Assembly (NCBI GenBank): GCA_904063045.1
Contig: CAJFCJ010000004.1
Location: 2,349,713-2,413,712 of the forward strand
Length of the DNA stretch: 64,000 nucleotides
Source of the DNA: Dimorphilus gyrociliatus
Taxonomy: Eukaryota > Animalia > Annelida
Direction: 5' to 3'
The stretch's first letter is position 1. Each line of letters opens with the position of its first letter. This document shows, piece by piece, positions 36,206 to 49,077 of the stretch. The notes under the pieces were generated by a model that worked only from the letters and a program-made list of their open reading frames with translations, did no database searches and was not told the origin of the DNA. Both the position numbers and the translations under genes were made by a program.

Positions 36206-39200
36206 AATGGTAAACTATAAGGTTAAGTCAACATTCATTTACACTGTCTATATATTGCAAATGTTAAATCTTTCAATTCTCACTCAAAAAGGTAATAACA
36301 TCACTAACGTTCTTATATACAATATATATGTCTTCTCGATTAGGTCAATATCCAGTACAATACGCAATAAATCGTCAAAATAATGAAGAATTTTGTTTGA
36401 ATGCAAAACTTGGACCCTGTTGTGATATTGGTAATACATTCTTTATATATTCAGTCATTCTAAACGTCATATCATCTACTTCAACATTACCTAATTCTAA
36501 TCATATAGATAATATGGCATTAAATGGAAATGCAAAACAATATCAGGGAACACAAAAAACACAATTTGCTGGCAGGGCTGTAGATGGGAATTTCTCTCAA
36601 CATGCTCATACAACCTCCACTGGTAAATACGGAAGAATAAGAATTGAGTTACCATACAATGCTATAATCTCAAGAATATTAATACTGAATCAGCAAAAAG
36701 AAAGAAGTAATAAAATATTTCATTGTTTTTCATACAAATTTCACATATTTAACCTAAATTATTATCGAAATCGTTTTCCTTTCATTTTCAGGCAAAAGAT
36801 TATCATATTTAAAAGTTTTTACTGTACAAAATTCTACATCAGTTGCTGCAGATTTAACAAAACACACAAACTACATACCAGTTGGAGATATAGATTATGT
36901 CATTAACAATAAATCATTTGCTGAGATATATACAAATAATGTAATTTCTAAAATATCAAAATATATAGCAATTGAAAGATATCAGAAAGTAGCTGATCCT
37001 TCTCAAAAGGACGGAGGAGAATTGATAATTGCTGAAGTAATAGTTGAAGGATTTCGACCATGTTAATATTTTTATGAAATCTTCTTTACTATGCATTCAA
37101 TCTGTAAACTCGTCTTTCTTCAATACAGATAATAGTATTGCTGCCAATAAACCAACGCAGGTTGTTTCGAATGATGACACAATCAGTAAAATTCCGGTTA
37201 CCCATCCACTTTTTCAATGCAGTGAATCTTTGACAGAATTTGGTAAAATATGGAGAGTTGATCTTCAAAATTATTACAAAATTCATCATTTAGCTATTTT
37301 TAATGGAAACAAATATAGTTTGGGTTCCTTTGATATTTTCATTCATGATGATTCTGCGAATCTGCCCAACATCTGGCAAACAAATGCGTATCAAAATGAT
37401 TATACTTTTAGAAATTCTAAAACAATACCGAAAGGCGGAATATTTTCACATTATTTTGATTGTAAAGTAAAGAGAAATAATGTAATTGGAAGATTCATCA
37501 CTTTGAATTCGACATCACAAGTATTTCAATTCTGTAATTTAGTGATTAAGGGCGAAAAAGTTGAAAGTAATTACATTTACCTATTACAAAATAATGAATT
37601 AATAAAAAAAGAACTTATTACACAGATTCTTGTAATTGTGTTGATAATTACAAATGTTACAATACAAACACAATGAACCACAACATTTGTATTTGTTGGA
37701 AAAATTGCAGTAATAATAACACATTACATTGAAATAACCTGCCACTTAATTGATTATCATCTGTTTTCTTTACAGAAGACAATATTGCGATTAACGGAAA
37801 AGCCTATCGTGATGGAATAGCAGACAAGATAGCAAATGAAGCAATTAAAGATACTATTAACTGTTCAAAATCATATACATCAACAGGTAATAGAACACAT
37901 CTTGGAATTTGGTATCTCGATTTGAAAAATGTGTATGAAATAAGCACAATTCAAATAATCAGCATTCCAGAATCAGGTTTTCTTCACATTGATGTAACTT
38001 CCTTTTTCTATCACATTTTATTCAAAAAGGTGGAAGATTACGAAACTTTGACATCTCTCTTGTTCCATATGATTATCGAATTGAAGATGCAAATAATATC
38101 CAGTTCTTACGCCTTAAAACAATATATAATTTTACTGGTTCAATGATGGATAGTTCGGCGTTTACTGTGAATGTTCCGTTTTCTAGTAATAACACAAGAG
38201 GAATTGTTATAAGGAAAAGGGACAATAAATGTTATTTAAACATTCGTTGTAGTGATGGAAGTTTAGATTTATGTCAAGTTTATGTTAAAGGAAAAGGAAT
38301 TTGTAAGTAGTTTCACTTTTAAATCGTTTTGTATTGAGAATTAATTTATTTGAATGAAATAATTTAGATTGCAATGATAATGAATTCGGAATTCCTCCAA
38401 AATGCACACAGTGTCCTTTGCATTGTAATAAGAATTATAATTATTCAGCAGAGAATTTGGAATATTGTCAATGCAAAATTGGTTATGAAATATCAAATGG
38501 AAAATGTGTTTTTATTGGTAATATCGATTTTTTATAATAGATGAATGACATGAATAATTAAATTTATTGCAATTAAGGTTTGTTGGAAAGAAATTTGGAT
38601 AATGTAATATTTGATAAGGAAAACAACACTGTTCATATTAATTTGGCGAATTTCCTTTCAAATCCGAAAATAAAGACTAAAGCTTTTGCGGGCTATGAAA
38701 TCTCTTTGGGAAATGACACATTGATATTTGAAAATGTTATAATTTATGATACATCACTTTTCGTTGACAAATTTATAAGACACAAAAATGAAACTAAGAT
38801 ACTTTCTGTAGAAATTAGAGTTAGAAATGAATTGGAAGATTGTTCAGTGTCTCTTGGAAAGAGCAGTGAATCTTCTGTTGAAATACCACCGTGTTCACGT
38901 AGGTTTCTTTGTAATTAATTGTTTGTACGTAAATATGAAATTTGTTTTTTTATTGAATAGGTCCAAACTCGCTGACTGGTTTGAGGTATACAGAAGTTCT
39001 ATTCAGTCCGGAAAGAAATAAATGGTTATATTCAATAACTTGGAATGTATGAATGTATTTTGACGCATATAAATGATCCGAGTTTTTTTTGTGTATTTGA
39101 ATTCATTAAAGGTTAATTGTATGATTTTCAGAAACCAAGAAGCCGAGGACATAATTGTAATAAATATTTGGGTGTTCAAGTCTCATTTGTTGTTGTAAGT

Positions 39201-39530
39201 TCTAAAGTGGAGAATAGAAAAAGTGAAGTTAATCAAATGATAATTGAAGATATTACAAAAAATTTTACGGAAATGTTTTTGAATATCAATGTCAGTGGTT
39301 ATTTCACAGTTGAAGCTCTGAACGAACATTACTCTAGTGAGCAAGTGAAATCACCTAATATAAATCTAGAAAGACCAGAGACATCCAGTATAGGTAAATT
39401 ATTCAATTGAATCAATTGATTGAAACATATTGATTTTGTCGATATGAATTTCAGAAAATGAAAGTGATAATGATAATTATGATTTTAGTCTTACTTCTTT
39501 TATTAGAATTGATGTTTTATATAATTTTGT
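36206..39530 (+). repeat. Right arm of the ~3.3-kb inverted duplication
   Basis: See left arm; similarity ends in the intron before the TM exon. Confidence 0.97.
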
Positions 39531-39846
39531 TTAATGACAGATTCTTCAAAGTCTATTCCTTTTTGGCCTTTCATTGTTGGCGGTGTTGTTATTTTATTGG
39601 TTGTAGTGACTATTGCATTTATTTACTTCTGTTATAGGTTAGTATGATTAGATTATATTGGCAGTTATTGATAATTAAGTGTTTTAAAGAGTACATAAAA
39701 AAGTCGTTAATGAGCGAAAGGAAGAATTACCATCGCAAAACGAATATGTTAACAATGTAGAGGAAAATACTTATTGCGAAGTGAAAGAAAAGCCATTTTA
39801 TGTCAATTTAATTCATTTAAAATGTTTTAAAAAAAACAATGAGTAG
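36207..39846 (+). CDS. Non-catalytic single-pass receptor with the same ectodomain as the RPTP but a different TM and a 52-aa Tyr-motif tail
   Basis: ATG 36207; ectodomain exons parallel the PTP gene; 9-nt microexon 39455-39463; TM exon 39541-39637 (SIPFWPFIVGGVVILLVVVTIAFIYFCYR); last exon 39690-39846 (VHKKVVNERKEELPSQNEYVNNVEENTYCEVKEKPFYVNLIHLKCFKKNNE*). All junctions are phase-compatible GT-AG. Confidence 0.85.
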
Positions 39847-42800
39847 TAATATTAAATGAAAATAGAATTGGATATTAATGTCATTGCTTTTCATTTAGTC
39901 TTTTACTTGAAACAATTTTCATTGTGTTATTTTCTTTAAAGAGACTTTATTTCTTGAAGATAAGAGATTACTACTCAAAATGCAACTGTTATTTGTCAAA
40001 AATCATATCTTTTACTTTTTTTGTCTGTTCATAATTTAAATGTTATTTACTAATCAGCTTTTTTCCTCTTAATTATTGTTCTTGCAGTAACTGTTCTGTG
40101 ATATGCAAATATTTCTGCATTTAACTAATCTTTTGAAATGTAACTTATCCCTTCACAATAAACAATCTTACTATTCATATCAGGCATATTGCGAGCGAAA
40201 CTGTAAATAAAAAGTTTTATTACTCATTATTGACCTAATAGAAGTGGAATCTGAATAATGACATTCTCGTTTAATCTAAGGGATCTTTTCAGTGGACAAC
40301 TTTATCACCCTACTTTTATTGATATAATAAACCTCCCCCAACTCATTTTCTGGTATTTTCTATATCTGTACGTACTTCTAACAGCAGTTATGTCAATTCG
40401 ATTAATTGCGTGTAGAGGAGACTTAAGACCGTTTTCAGACGCTTTGCGATCTTTATAACCATTAGACTATAATCATCAGAAGGATTGTTAAGTGGAAAAT
40501 TTTGAATTGATGCGGTGTTTCCCTTCACTCTATCAAAGCGTTCTGTAGTCATCAAATCATACCACATCTCATTCAGAATATTCAGCCTCCTCACAAGCTT
40601 AGTACCAAATAAGGATTTTATGTTACTCCCCGGTGGCAGGCAGTACTCATTTGTGAAGCGGTCAAGTTAAATCCTTCTGCCTATCCAAATCCATGGTTTC
40701 TCGTTGCAGATTGAGAGTTGTAGAACATTCGTTTATGATGTCCAAACTTTTTTGACTGTATCTAACAGTTATGGATTATTTAGTTTAATATATGAGATTA
40801 TGAACTTTCTCCCAATATCATAATAAAGAATCAGAAAGGCTCAAAAATGTTTACTATTTTATTAGCTTCTCTCTGTTTCTTTTGGCCGTAAACGAATATA
40901 TATCGTTAGGTGTTGGATAGCATAAAGACCCACATATAATCCCTATCCAAGTGACTCGTCACTATAAACTCTGTAATAATACACTAAAGGGCTACTCTGC
41001 TAATACGAAATATAATACAAATATAGACGTTTCTATGTTTTTAATAAACAGTAAAAGTATAAGAAAAGGTAATATTTTTGTAATCTATACAATAAATATA
41101 CAGTAAAGGTAACATAAAGAAAGGGAAAAATAAGAAACGTTTATGCTTTTATCTATAATAAATTGTTACGAAAATAGTCGCTCCCTTAATGACTTTTTTT
41201 TTTATCTTCTTCCCTAAATTAGTTATTGATCATCTTTACGTTGGAAATATTCGATTTAATCGATTTTTTCATCTTTCAACTAATCAATAAAAAACCTATA
41301 GGCCTAAAAAATAAACAAGAACATAAGACACTTACTCCAATTTTTCAATTTTAATCCTAATGATATTGTTTTAATTGGCAATAAAATATAATATTATCTG
41401 AGAGATGGCGCCACCAATTTGGGAAATAACAGACGTTTAACCAAGTAAGATCAAAGAAGTTTCCATAGGCGGTGTGAGAAATATTTTGATAATCTTTTTA
41501 GAATCTTTTCAGCATAGTATTAAAGAGACTTTAATAAGATAATCCAGATTTCTTCAGAATAAAGAGAAGGAAGCTGGATAGAAAGATATATAACTGTATA
41601 TTGAGGAAGGAGAAGATTGAAAGAAGGAAAAAAAAGAGACAAGTCTGAAAAATCAACGTAGGCGTATAAAGCTGCCGGGAGACCGACAATTTTGACACTA
41701 AATGATAGATCATTTAAGAGAGAAAAACTAAAGATATCGAATTGATATATCAACGTCGAATACAAGTTGCTTAACAATTTATACGTATATTACCTGAGAT
41801 ACTCGAAAAAAGGACCATTTTCTATAAGAATCCTTAAATCAATTATAGGACAAGTATATAGAGAATAAAGAGAAAGAAAAGGCTTATTTTACACGTTTTT
41901 TACGACTAAAAAAGATGTTGGTTAAAGCTAATAAAAATTTATTGAAGAAATGTTTAAAAAATGTTTCTTTATAGATTTCTATATAATTTCATCTATTTCT
42001 GCGTCTCTTTCCTCAATTTGGCTGCTTTTCCTGTCTTTTTTTTCACACTTGTAAAGTCGTTTATGATGGATTGGCGATAAAGAATAAAACAAGCCAACTT
42101 CTTTTAGTTGTAAAGAGAAAACTTATACGACAACCAATTTTCTATACAAAATCACGAGTCATGAAAAACCTTCAGAAATATCCTTTTAAAAAGATCTCAT
42201 TATAACTTTGATTGTACAGTTTTCATAGGCAAGAGTATATACATATATAAATGTATTATACATAGATTATATATACAGTATGTGTTTAGTCTATCTATAT
42301 GTATTTCTACAATATAAATACGTACTGTATATTGGGATGGACTGGTATTGATATTTTTACTTCTTAGGCTTCTTTCCTAACTTGGCAATATGTTCAAAAA
42401 ATAGGCCACTAGCTTCATTAGTTTCAACTCCTTAAAAAGACCGATTACTATGTTTATTGAACTGTACCCGAGAGCTTATTATTATTATTCTGGAAAGTCG
42501 AACGTTACAGTTTTCTTCTTCTCGTTTGTCAACGACCCATTTATCTAGTAGGAGACGGATTTAATGATTTTTTCTTCCCTCTTCAAAAATTCGTTAATTG
42601 CACTTGAAAAACGAAATGAAAAGGGAAAGATAGCAAAACATTTTCTTCTATAGCAAATAACTTTTCTCTATTTTAATGTTACGTAACAAAAATTGATAAA
42701 ACTGTTTAGTTATTTCTATTAAATTTGTTCTTTTTTTAATCCTTTTCATTCATTGATTCGTTCATTCATCCATCTATTCATTTATTCTTTCTTTCTTTCT

Positions 42801-45796
42801 TCTAAATTGTTGTTTTGTTTCTCTCCTTCTTTTCTACAATCTTCGTTTCTGATATTGTTGCGTAATCGAGCTTTTAGCTTCTTGGCAGATATATCTTTGT
42901 GCATAGTGAAATTCACTTGCCTTACTTTGTTGAGCTGGTCTGACAAAATCAGGGACATGCGGCTTTAGCCTTACCTCCAGATAAAAAGGTTCTATTTTTC
43001 TATTTTACCTTAGTAACTGTAGAAGGTAATGAACTACCTTTTAACTTATCGTTAAGATTAATTTGAATAGAGGTTAACTTCAAATGAGAAATGTACTATT
43101 CAATAATACGTTTCTTTCCTCTTCCTTTCCTTCGCTTTTTCTTTTAACGGGCCAATTAAAGTTAAGTAGGCTATTATCGTTCCAAAATATCGATTTAACG
43201 AACATTCGATACGTGAGATCAAACATTTGACAAAGAAATGAACCGAAATCTCCTTTCTCTTCCGCTTGCTATCTATCTCTCTCTCATTCCCTTTAATCCG
43301 TCAGAACGATTTTCTACCAACAAAGACTATCCTTGTATTTGACAAAGAGCGAAACTATAGCGGATAATCCTCAAATGATCAACAGTATTTGGTTATTGAT
43401 ACGAGCTACGAAAATGTATGGAATATGGAAAAAGTATTTAAAATTGACAAGGTTAACAGTACTCGATGCTGTACGATTCGTATATACATAAAGCCTCATT
43501 AAGTGAAATCTCAATTACCAAGAATTTTATGTCTAAAACATGCTTTCGTGACATGTTCTATCATTAATATGCTTTATAACTTTTTTTCTTCTTCATTCCC
43601 AATCTTTTATCGTGAAAAAAAATGATAAAAAGGAAGAGAGAAAAATGGAGATAATAAGGAAAGAAAATAACGAAGAAAAGAGATGGAATAGAAAGCCTAA
43701 CAAACAATTCGATAAATACATTCTATTACTTGTATAAATCTTTATAAATATTCTTTATTCTATATAAAAAAAGAGACCGGATAAAACGTTTTATTCAATT
43801 GTTAATTACCTTAATTAATCAAGGGATAGTCATATGCCTGGAATAAAAGGATTTCAGTAAGTTGGATATCTGACAAGAGAGAGGTTAAAGGAAAAGATGA
43901 AGGAAGGAAAAGAAGAGGAAGAGAGAGGAGATGCCAGGATGGGGAAGAGGAACAAGGTTGACGAGGAAAGCGAGGTGAAAATCCTTTAATGTAATCCTTC
44001 TAAAAACATATATTTTTTTAATTTAAAAGATAAAAGGCTTTATGGAAAAAAAAAGACACGAAATGTTCCTATCATACAATACCAGAGTAAGAGAGAGAGA
44101 GAGTGAGAAGGGAACCGGGAGTAGGTGGAGGGGGCGAGCGGAGGAGAACTAAGAGATAGAGAAAAAGAAATAAATTCTCATCAGAATAATTAAATTATCT
44201 TTTTTCTTTAATTACTTTTTGAAATAAGAAAAAACTGTGTTCTTTGGAGAACGTTTTTATATTTTGTCTTATATAGATAATATTTCAATATTTAACCTCA
44301 TCTCTCATTGGCTAAAATATTGCAATAGTTAAAAAGAGAAAAACACATTGATTTCGTAAAAGCTACTCTTGGAGTAAATGCGTATACAGTATAATGTATA
44401 TATATACTAATATACAGTATATATAGAAACTTTCCCAAGTCAATTTTATGCTATCTTTTCAAAGATTCTATAGATAATTAACCAGAAAAAGGGGAAATTC
44501 TAAATAAAAATGATTTTGTGCACTCCACCAAGTAGACTCGACGTAATAACTTTCGTAATTATTGCGAACAAAAATGGTACATCATTAATAACTAATCAAT
44601 AAAAATAAAAGGCATAGAAATAGTAACGAGAGAGTAACTTTGATTCAAAAGTCACGTCAGGATAGATAGAGGCCTTGTATTGTCATGATCCATCAGGACA
44701 AATAGACCATCCAATTGATTGTCCATTTTTTTCTGATTACGTATCATTTTTCTATCTTTTTACTCATTTTTTTTATTATTTCTCTTAGTAATAATGTTAA
44801 ATTGATACCACAATCTCATAAATAAATTTCAAGGTCACACGAAATATACTTTTCTTCATATTTTCCTTACAAAAGGATTATATTGAAGCGAAAAATTGGT
44901 TGACCTAATTTGTATTTCCTTCAAGGTAATTCAAATCGAAATTCGTTAAATATACAGTATATAAATATTTATATGTTTATAAATAGCCCTTAACTACCCT
45001 GATTCCCATCAAATTAATCGAAAAAAAGGCAACTATATAATATTCAAATTCTAAGGGTTTTCTTAAGCAAATATCCCATTTTTTCTTTCTTTTTCCTTCC
45101 TTATCATCCGTTTATTCCTTTTCTCCTTTTCTTTTCTCTCTTCCTCTTTCTCCCACCCCTCTAGTTGTCCTGCTTCAATATCTTTTGAATAAAGTCAACT
45201 ATATCCTTGACATTGTCCCCTGATGACAGTTGGTATTTCGAAAAGATCTACAATGAATAGAAACCATATTGTTATTATTTTTTTTACATTCGTAATTGTA
45301 CGTTGTGTTGCCTGCATCTTTTCCATTTGCAAACTATAGAAAAAGGCGTCCCGTCACGTATGTAAATCATCAGCATATTGTTAAATATAGACGTCTGACT
45401 ATATATTCTGCGTTAAATTTAGACCTAACACGATTCTAAACTTTAATAAAATTGAATTTATTTCTCTTTAATCGATACTATTAACTAGTACAAATTTAAA
45501 TAAAACAACATTTCTTTCGCATAATCTTTACCATCCTTTTCTATTCTTTTAGCCAACCTTTAATTTTAAAGCTTTTAAAAAAATAACACCAAAGTTGTCA
45601 TAAACCTTCTTGAGCCTATAGGTCTTTGTTTGTTAAATATAATGTTAATAAATTATGAGATTTTAAAAGGGCTTGTTCGATTTTTAGACTTTTTAGTAGG
45701 ATAAAACGTCGGTTTATCCTTCTTCTTCATATAGAAAAAGACCTAAATTTTGCAAAAATATTAAACAAATATTGTTTAACAAAGCTTTCCTTCACA

Positions 45797-45834
<38 letters not shown>

Positions 45835-47701
45835 TTATCTTCTTCAAGGACAGCTATAAGTTTACTCAGAGTGAAAAATTTTGAAGGAGAAGACATTTTA
45901 AATAAAGAAAGAATTTAATAAATGAATATACGGTATGATCTGAAAATCTGAGATAACGTTAAGAAGGAATAATAATCTTTATAATCGTTTTTGAGTATAA
46001 ATATTCATCATTCTCACATAGTTGACATTGAATAATTCTTTAGTAATTATAAAAAAAAGAAATAAGACCTTTATTCTCTATGTACAATTTGTTTGTTAAA
46101 GGCTACCATCAATTATTTACGCTGTGACCTTTCAAATGTCAATTTCTTTTCTTTTTCTCTCTTGTTTTTTAATCATAAAGATTCTTTCAAGGGAAACGAA
46201 AGATAAAGCAAAAAAGAAAATGAAAGATAATCATATCTATATTATTCAACATATTCTAAATAAGATAAGAGATAGCAAACAGAACTTTTCAATTCCAGAG
46301 TCTTTTGTATTTATAGAATAACTTTGTAAGAAAACAGTTGGAAAATTAATCTTTACCCGTTTTCCCAGAATGAAAAACGGTAGTTTACAACTCGATTAAA
46401 GCCTTTGAGAAAGCTGTAAATGTCAAGCTTTTACATTTATATCCAATATAAAGAAATAACTGATATGAGATATGTGACGATGTTTGCGCTTAATTAACTA
46501 TGCAATTCAGCATCCCTTGTGGTAAAACCGTGGGGTTTCTAATATAGAGAATGCAACTCTTTACAGAGTTTAAACACCTTCAAGCTCTAATTTTAGTGCT
46601 TATGTAATATAGAAAGAGCAGTATATAATTAGGTTATTTATATGGGTCAAAGGATAATAAAGAGAAAAGAGGTTAAAAAACAATTGATTCTATTTTACCT
46701 TTAAACTTATAACTCTGGAAAAAAGGGAGACAAGCGATTACGGATTAAAGATAAAGAGAAAGAAAGAAAGAGATATCTATAAATTTTACCGTCTTTTATT
46801 TCTTTAAGGTTTTTTTTCGCTCTTCTGTTTTATTTCTTAAATTTACACCTTACGACAAATGACAATATTAATTCCAGATTATTTGATATTTATTAATAAT
46901 TACCATCAGATTTTTACTCGATTACTAAAAGCATCAATATAACTTTATGTTTCATTTATTATGAATGTTGATATTTACTCACCATAGAATGAAGACATAT
47001 ATAAAGGTGGACAGACAGATAGATAGATTTAGAGCAAGGGTGGCTAAACATTTCAATAATGGAGACAATTAATATTTAATATTACATGTATCTATGCATT
47101 TATCTATTATATATATATATATATTGTATATATATATTCTATTTATATATTTTTAGTTTTTGATATCTAGATAAACGTTTACACTAATAACAAGTATGAT
47201 AAAGGGAAAGATAAAAATTGGATTGAAAGCTGCCAGAAGTATGATACGTTCTCCAATATTTTTAAGAGTTTCTTAAAGCAGTAACTGTTTATCTGATTTG
47301 AAAAAGAGGAATAAAAGAAATAAAAGGGAAAAGATGAGATTTTGATTGATATTCATTATGAAAGAAGAAAGAAAAAAACACGCAATACACATAATAGTAT
47401 ATTCTATTTAAACTGCAGAAGATTTTCAGACGTAGCTAATCTATTTAGTTAATATTCGTCTATTTCGTATGTACATCAGTAAATCATATCGTTTCTGTTT
47501 GAATATTAAATTTTTACATAGATAGAAGTTAAATCTTATTTTCTCTTTTTAGTTTGGCTTATATAGGGCTAATGAAAGTTGGAAAGGTTTAAATTTCTAT
47601 TCAGTTATGGACCAGTTTTAACAAACTTTTTTAAGGGCACTGATGTTCGTTCCCTGTATTCGAATGAGAATAATTATGTAAATTTGACGAGAAGAGGAGA
47701 A

Positions 47702-48881
47702 TTATTCCCTTGTCGATTTACTCTCCACACCCTCATCTTCTGGACTCATTTTTTCAACAGGAATTTCAACAATGCATTCGCATCCGGGAAACGGAGGTAG
47801 AACTAATTCGTATTTTTTGGCGAGATCCGGTGGTATGAACCTTCCACCCAAAAAGTGTTGTCGTCCATAAAATTTCTTGGCGCATAGTTTAGGTGCCGTT
47901 AACGATATCAAAACTTCGGATTTAAAACTTGGCCTCTCCTCGACTGGTCCTGTTTCCACATCCCAACCACTCGGTATATCTATACTGGCTACAGGTAGCT
48001 TACTGGTGATCAATTTCTTCATTATATCCGGAAAGTCACCCCTCATTTCTCCTTTGAAGCTGTAGTACATTGAAAAGTTAATTGTTGTAATAAATTGACT
48101 CGATACTATAAAACTACACTTAAAAAATGAGGGTAATTTTATAGCCTCTGAGGTTAACCGAGTAAGGACGATACATTTTATTGAAGGTATTTTTAATGAT
48201 TTAAAGTCTCTAGGCGTCCAATAATAACCTCATAAATGTGATGTCACGGCGCATTTTAACTAATTAATGAAAATATCGAATCCCATTGGAGAATGGTCAT
48301 TTGTCTACAACCCGTGAAAGACAATCTACCAATTTATATAGGGAATTGCCTAAATCCCCCAATTATTATCTCTTTGACTCTCTTAGGAATGTTAAAGCTA
48401 AGACGAGTCTTTATTTAAGGCAACGGTTCGTAAAAATTAACGTAAGAAAACAAACCTAAAACCAAAAATGGCATCAACAATAAGATTGTACGAATCGTGT
48501 ATAAGTTGTGGATCTGAGGGTAGATAAGATAGAAAGGGAATATCCATTTTCTCGCATTGAGTAACTAAATTCTCAAAAAGAGTTTTCTTCGGTCTCTTCG
48601 GATAGTAAATAGTTGGTTTATAACCAAATAATTTTAAGTGTCGGGCGCAAACGAGCCCATCTCCTCCGTTATTGCCAGGGCCGCATGCTATTAGAATGGC
48701 TCCTTTTTCTCTTGTTAATGATTCCTTGGGAAAAGCCTGAAAGAAGATGGCATTGGGACCTTGTTATAAGGTATTAGATTTAATAGAACACAAAGAAAGA
48801 CAACGGTTTGTATAATTGTAGATAAATTTCAATTAATTATTACGAACTCGTCCATCCCTCTTTGTTTTCTATATATATACG

Positions 48882-48925
<44 letters not shown>

Positions 48926-49077
48926 AGATATAATTTATATATACTATATAAATCAATTGTTTTTATACCCGAACAACGGCGTGAGCACAGCTTAAACCGG
49001 CTAACTCCATTAACTGGTCAACGGAAAAGGCGAACTCATTGAAGAGGTCTTCGTCAATTTGTTGGGCCTCTTCTTGG
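47702..49077 (-). CDS. NAXE: NAD(P)HX epimerase (YjeF_N, APOA1BP); first coding exon not resolved
   Basis: Exons 49077-48969 ([31 protein letters not shown]), 48736-48456 ([17 protein letters not shown]...IVDAIFGFS) and 48059-47702 ([11 protein letters not shown]...ISLTAPK...[10 protein letters not shown]). Confidence 0.93.
48883..48921 (+). repeat. (TA)n microsatellite in a NAXE intron
   Basis: Perfect TA run; another at ~60251-60288. Confidence 0.95.

Noticed and set aside
31195-39530. Inverted duplication as a pure assembly artefact
   Set aside because: Each arm continues in frame into its own distinct TM and tail exons and has its own microexon. Not fully excludable without long reads.
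41970-42970. Possible small minus-strand gene (…GVETNEASGLFFEHIAKLGKKPK|NVKKKTGKAAKLRKETQK*)
   Set aside because: The last two exons join in phase, but no consistent upstream exon or start was found and no family was recognised; worth an RNA-seq check.
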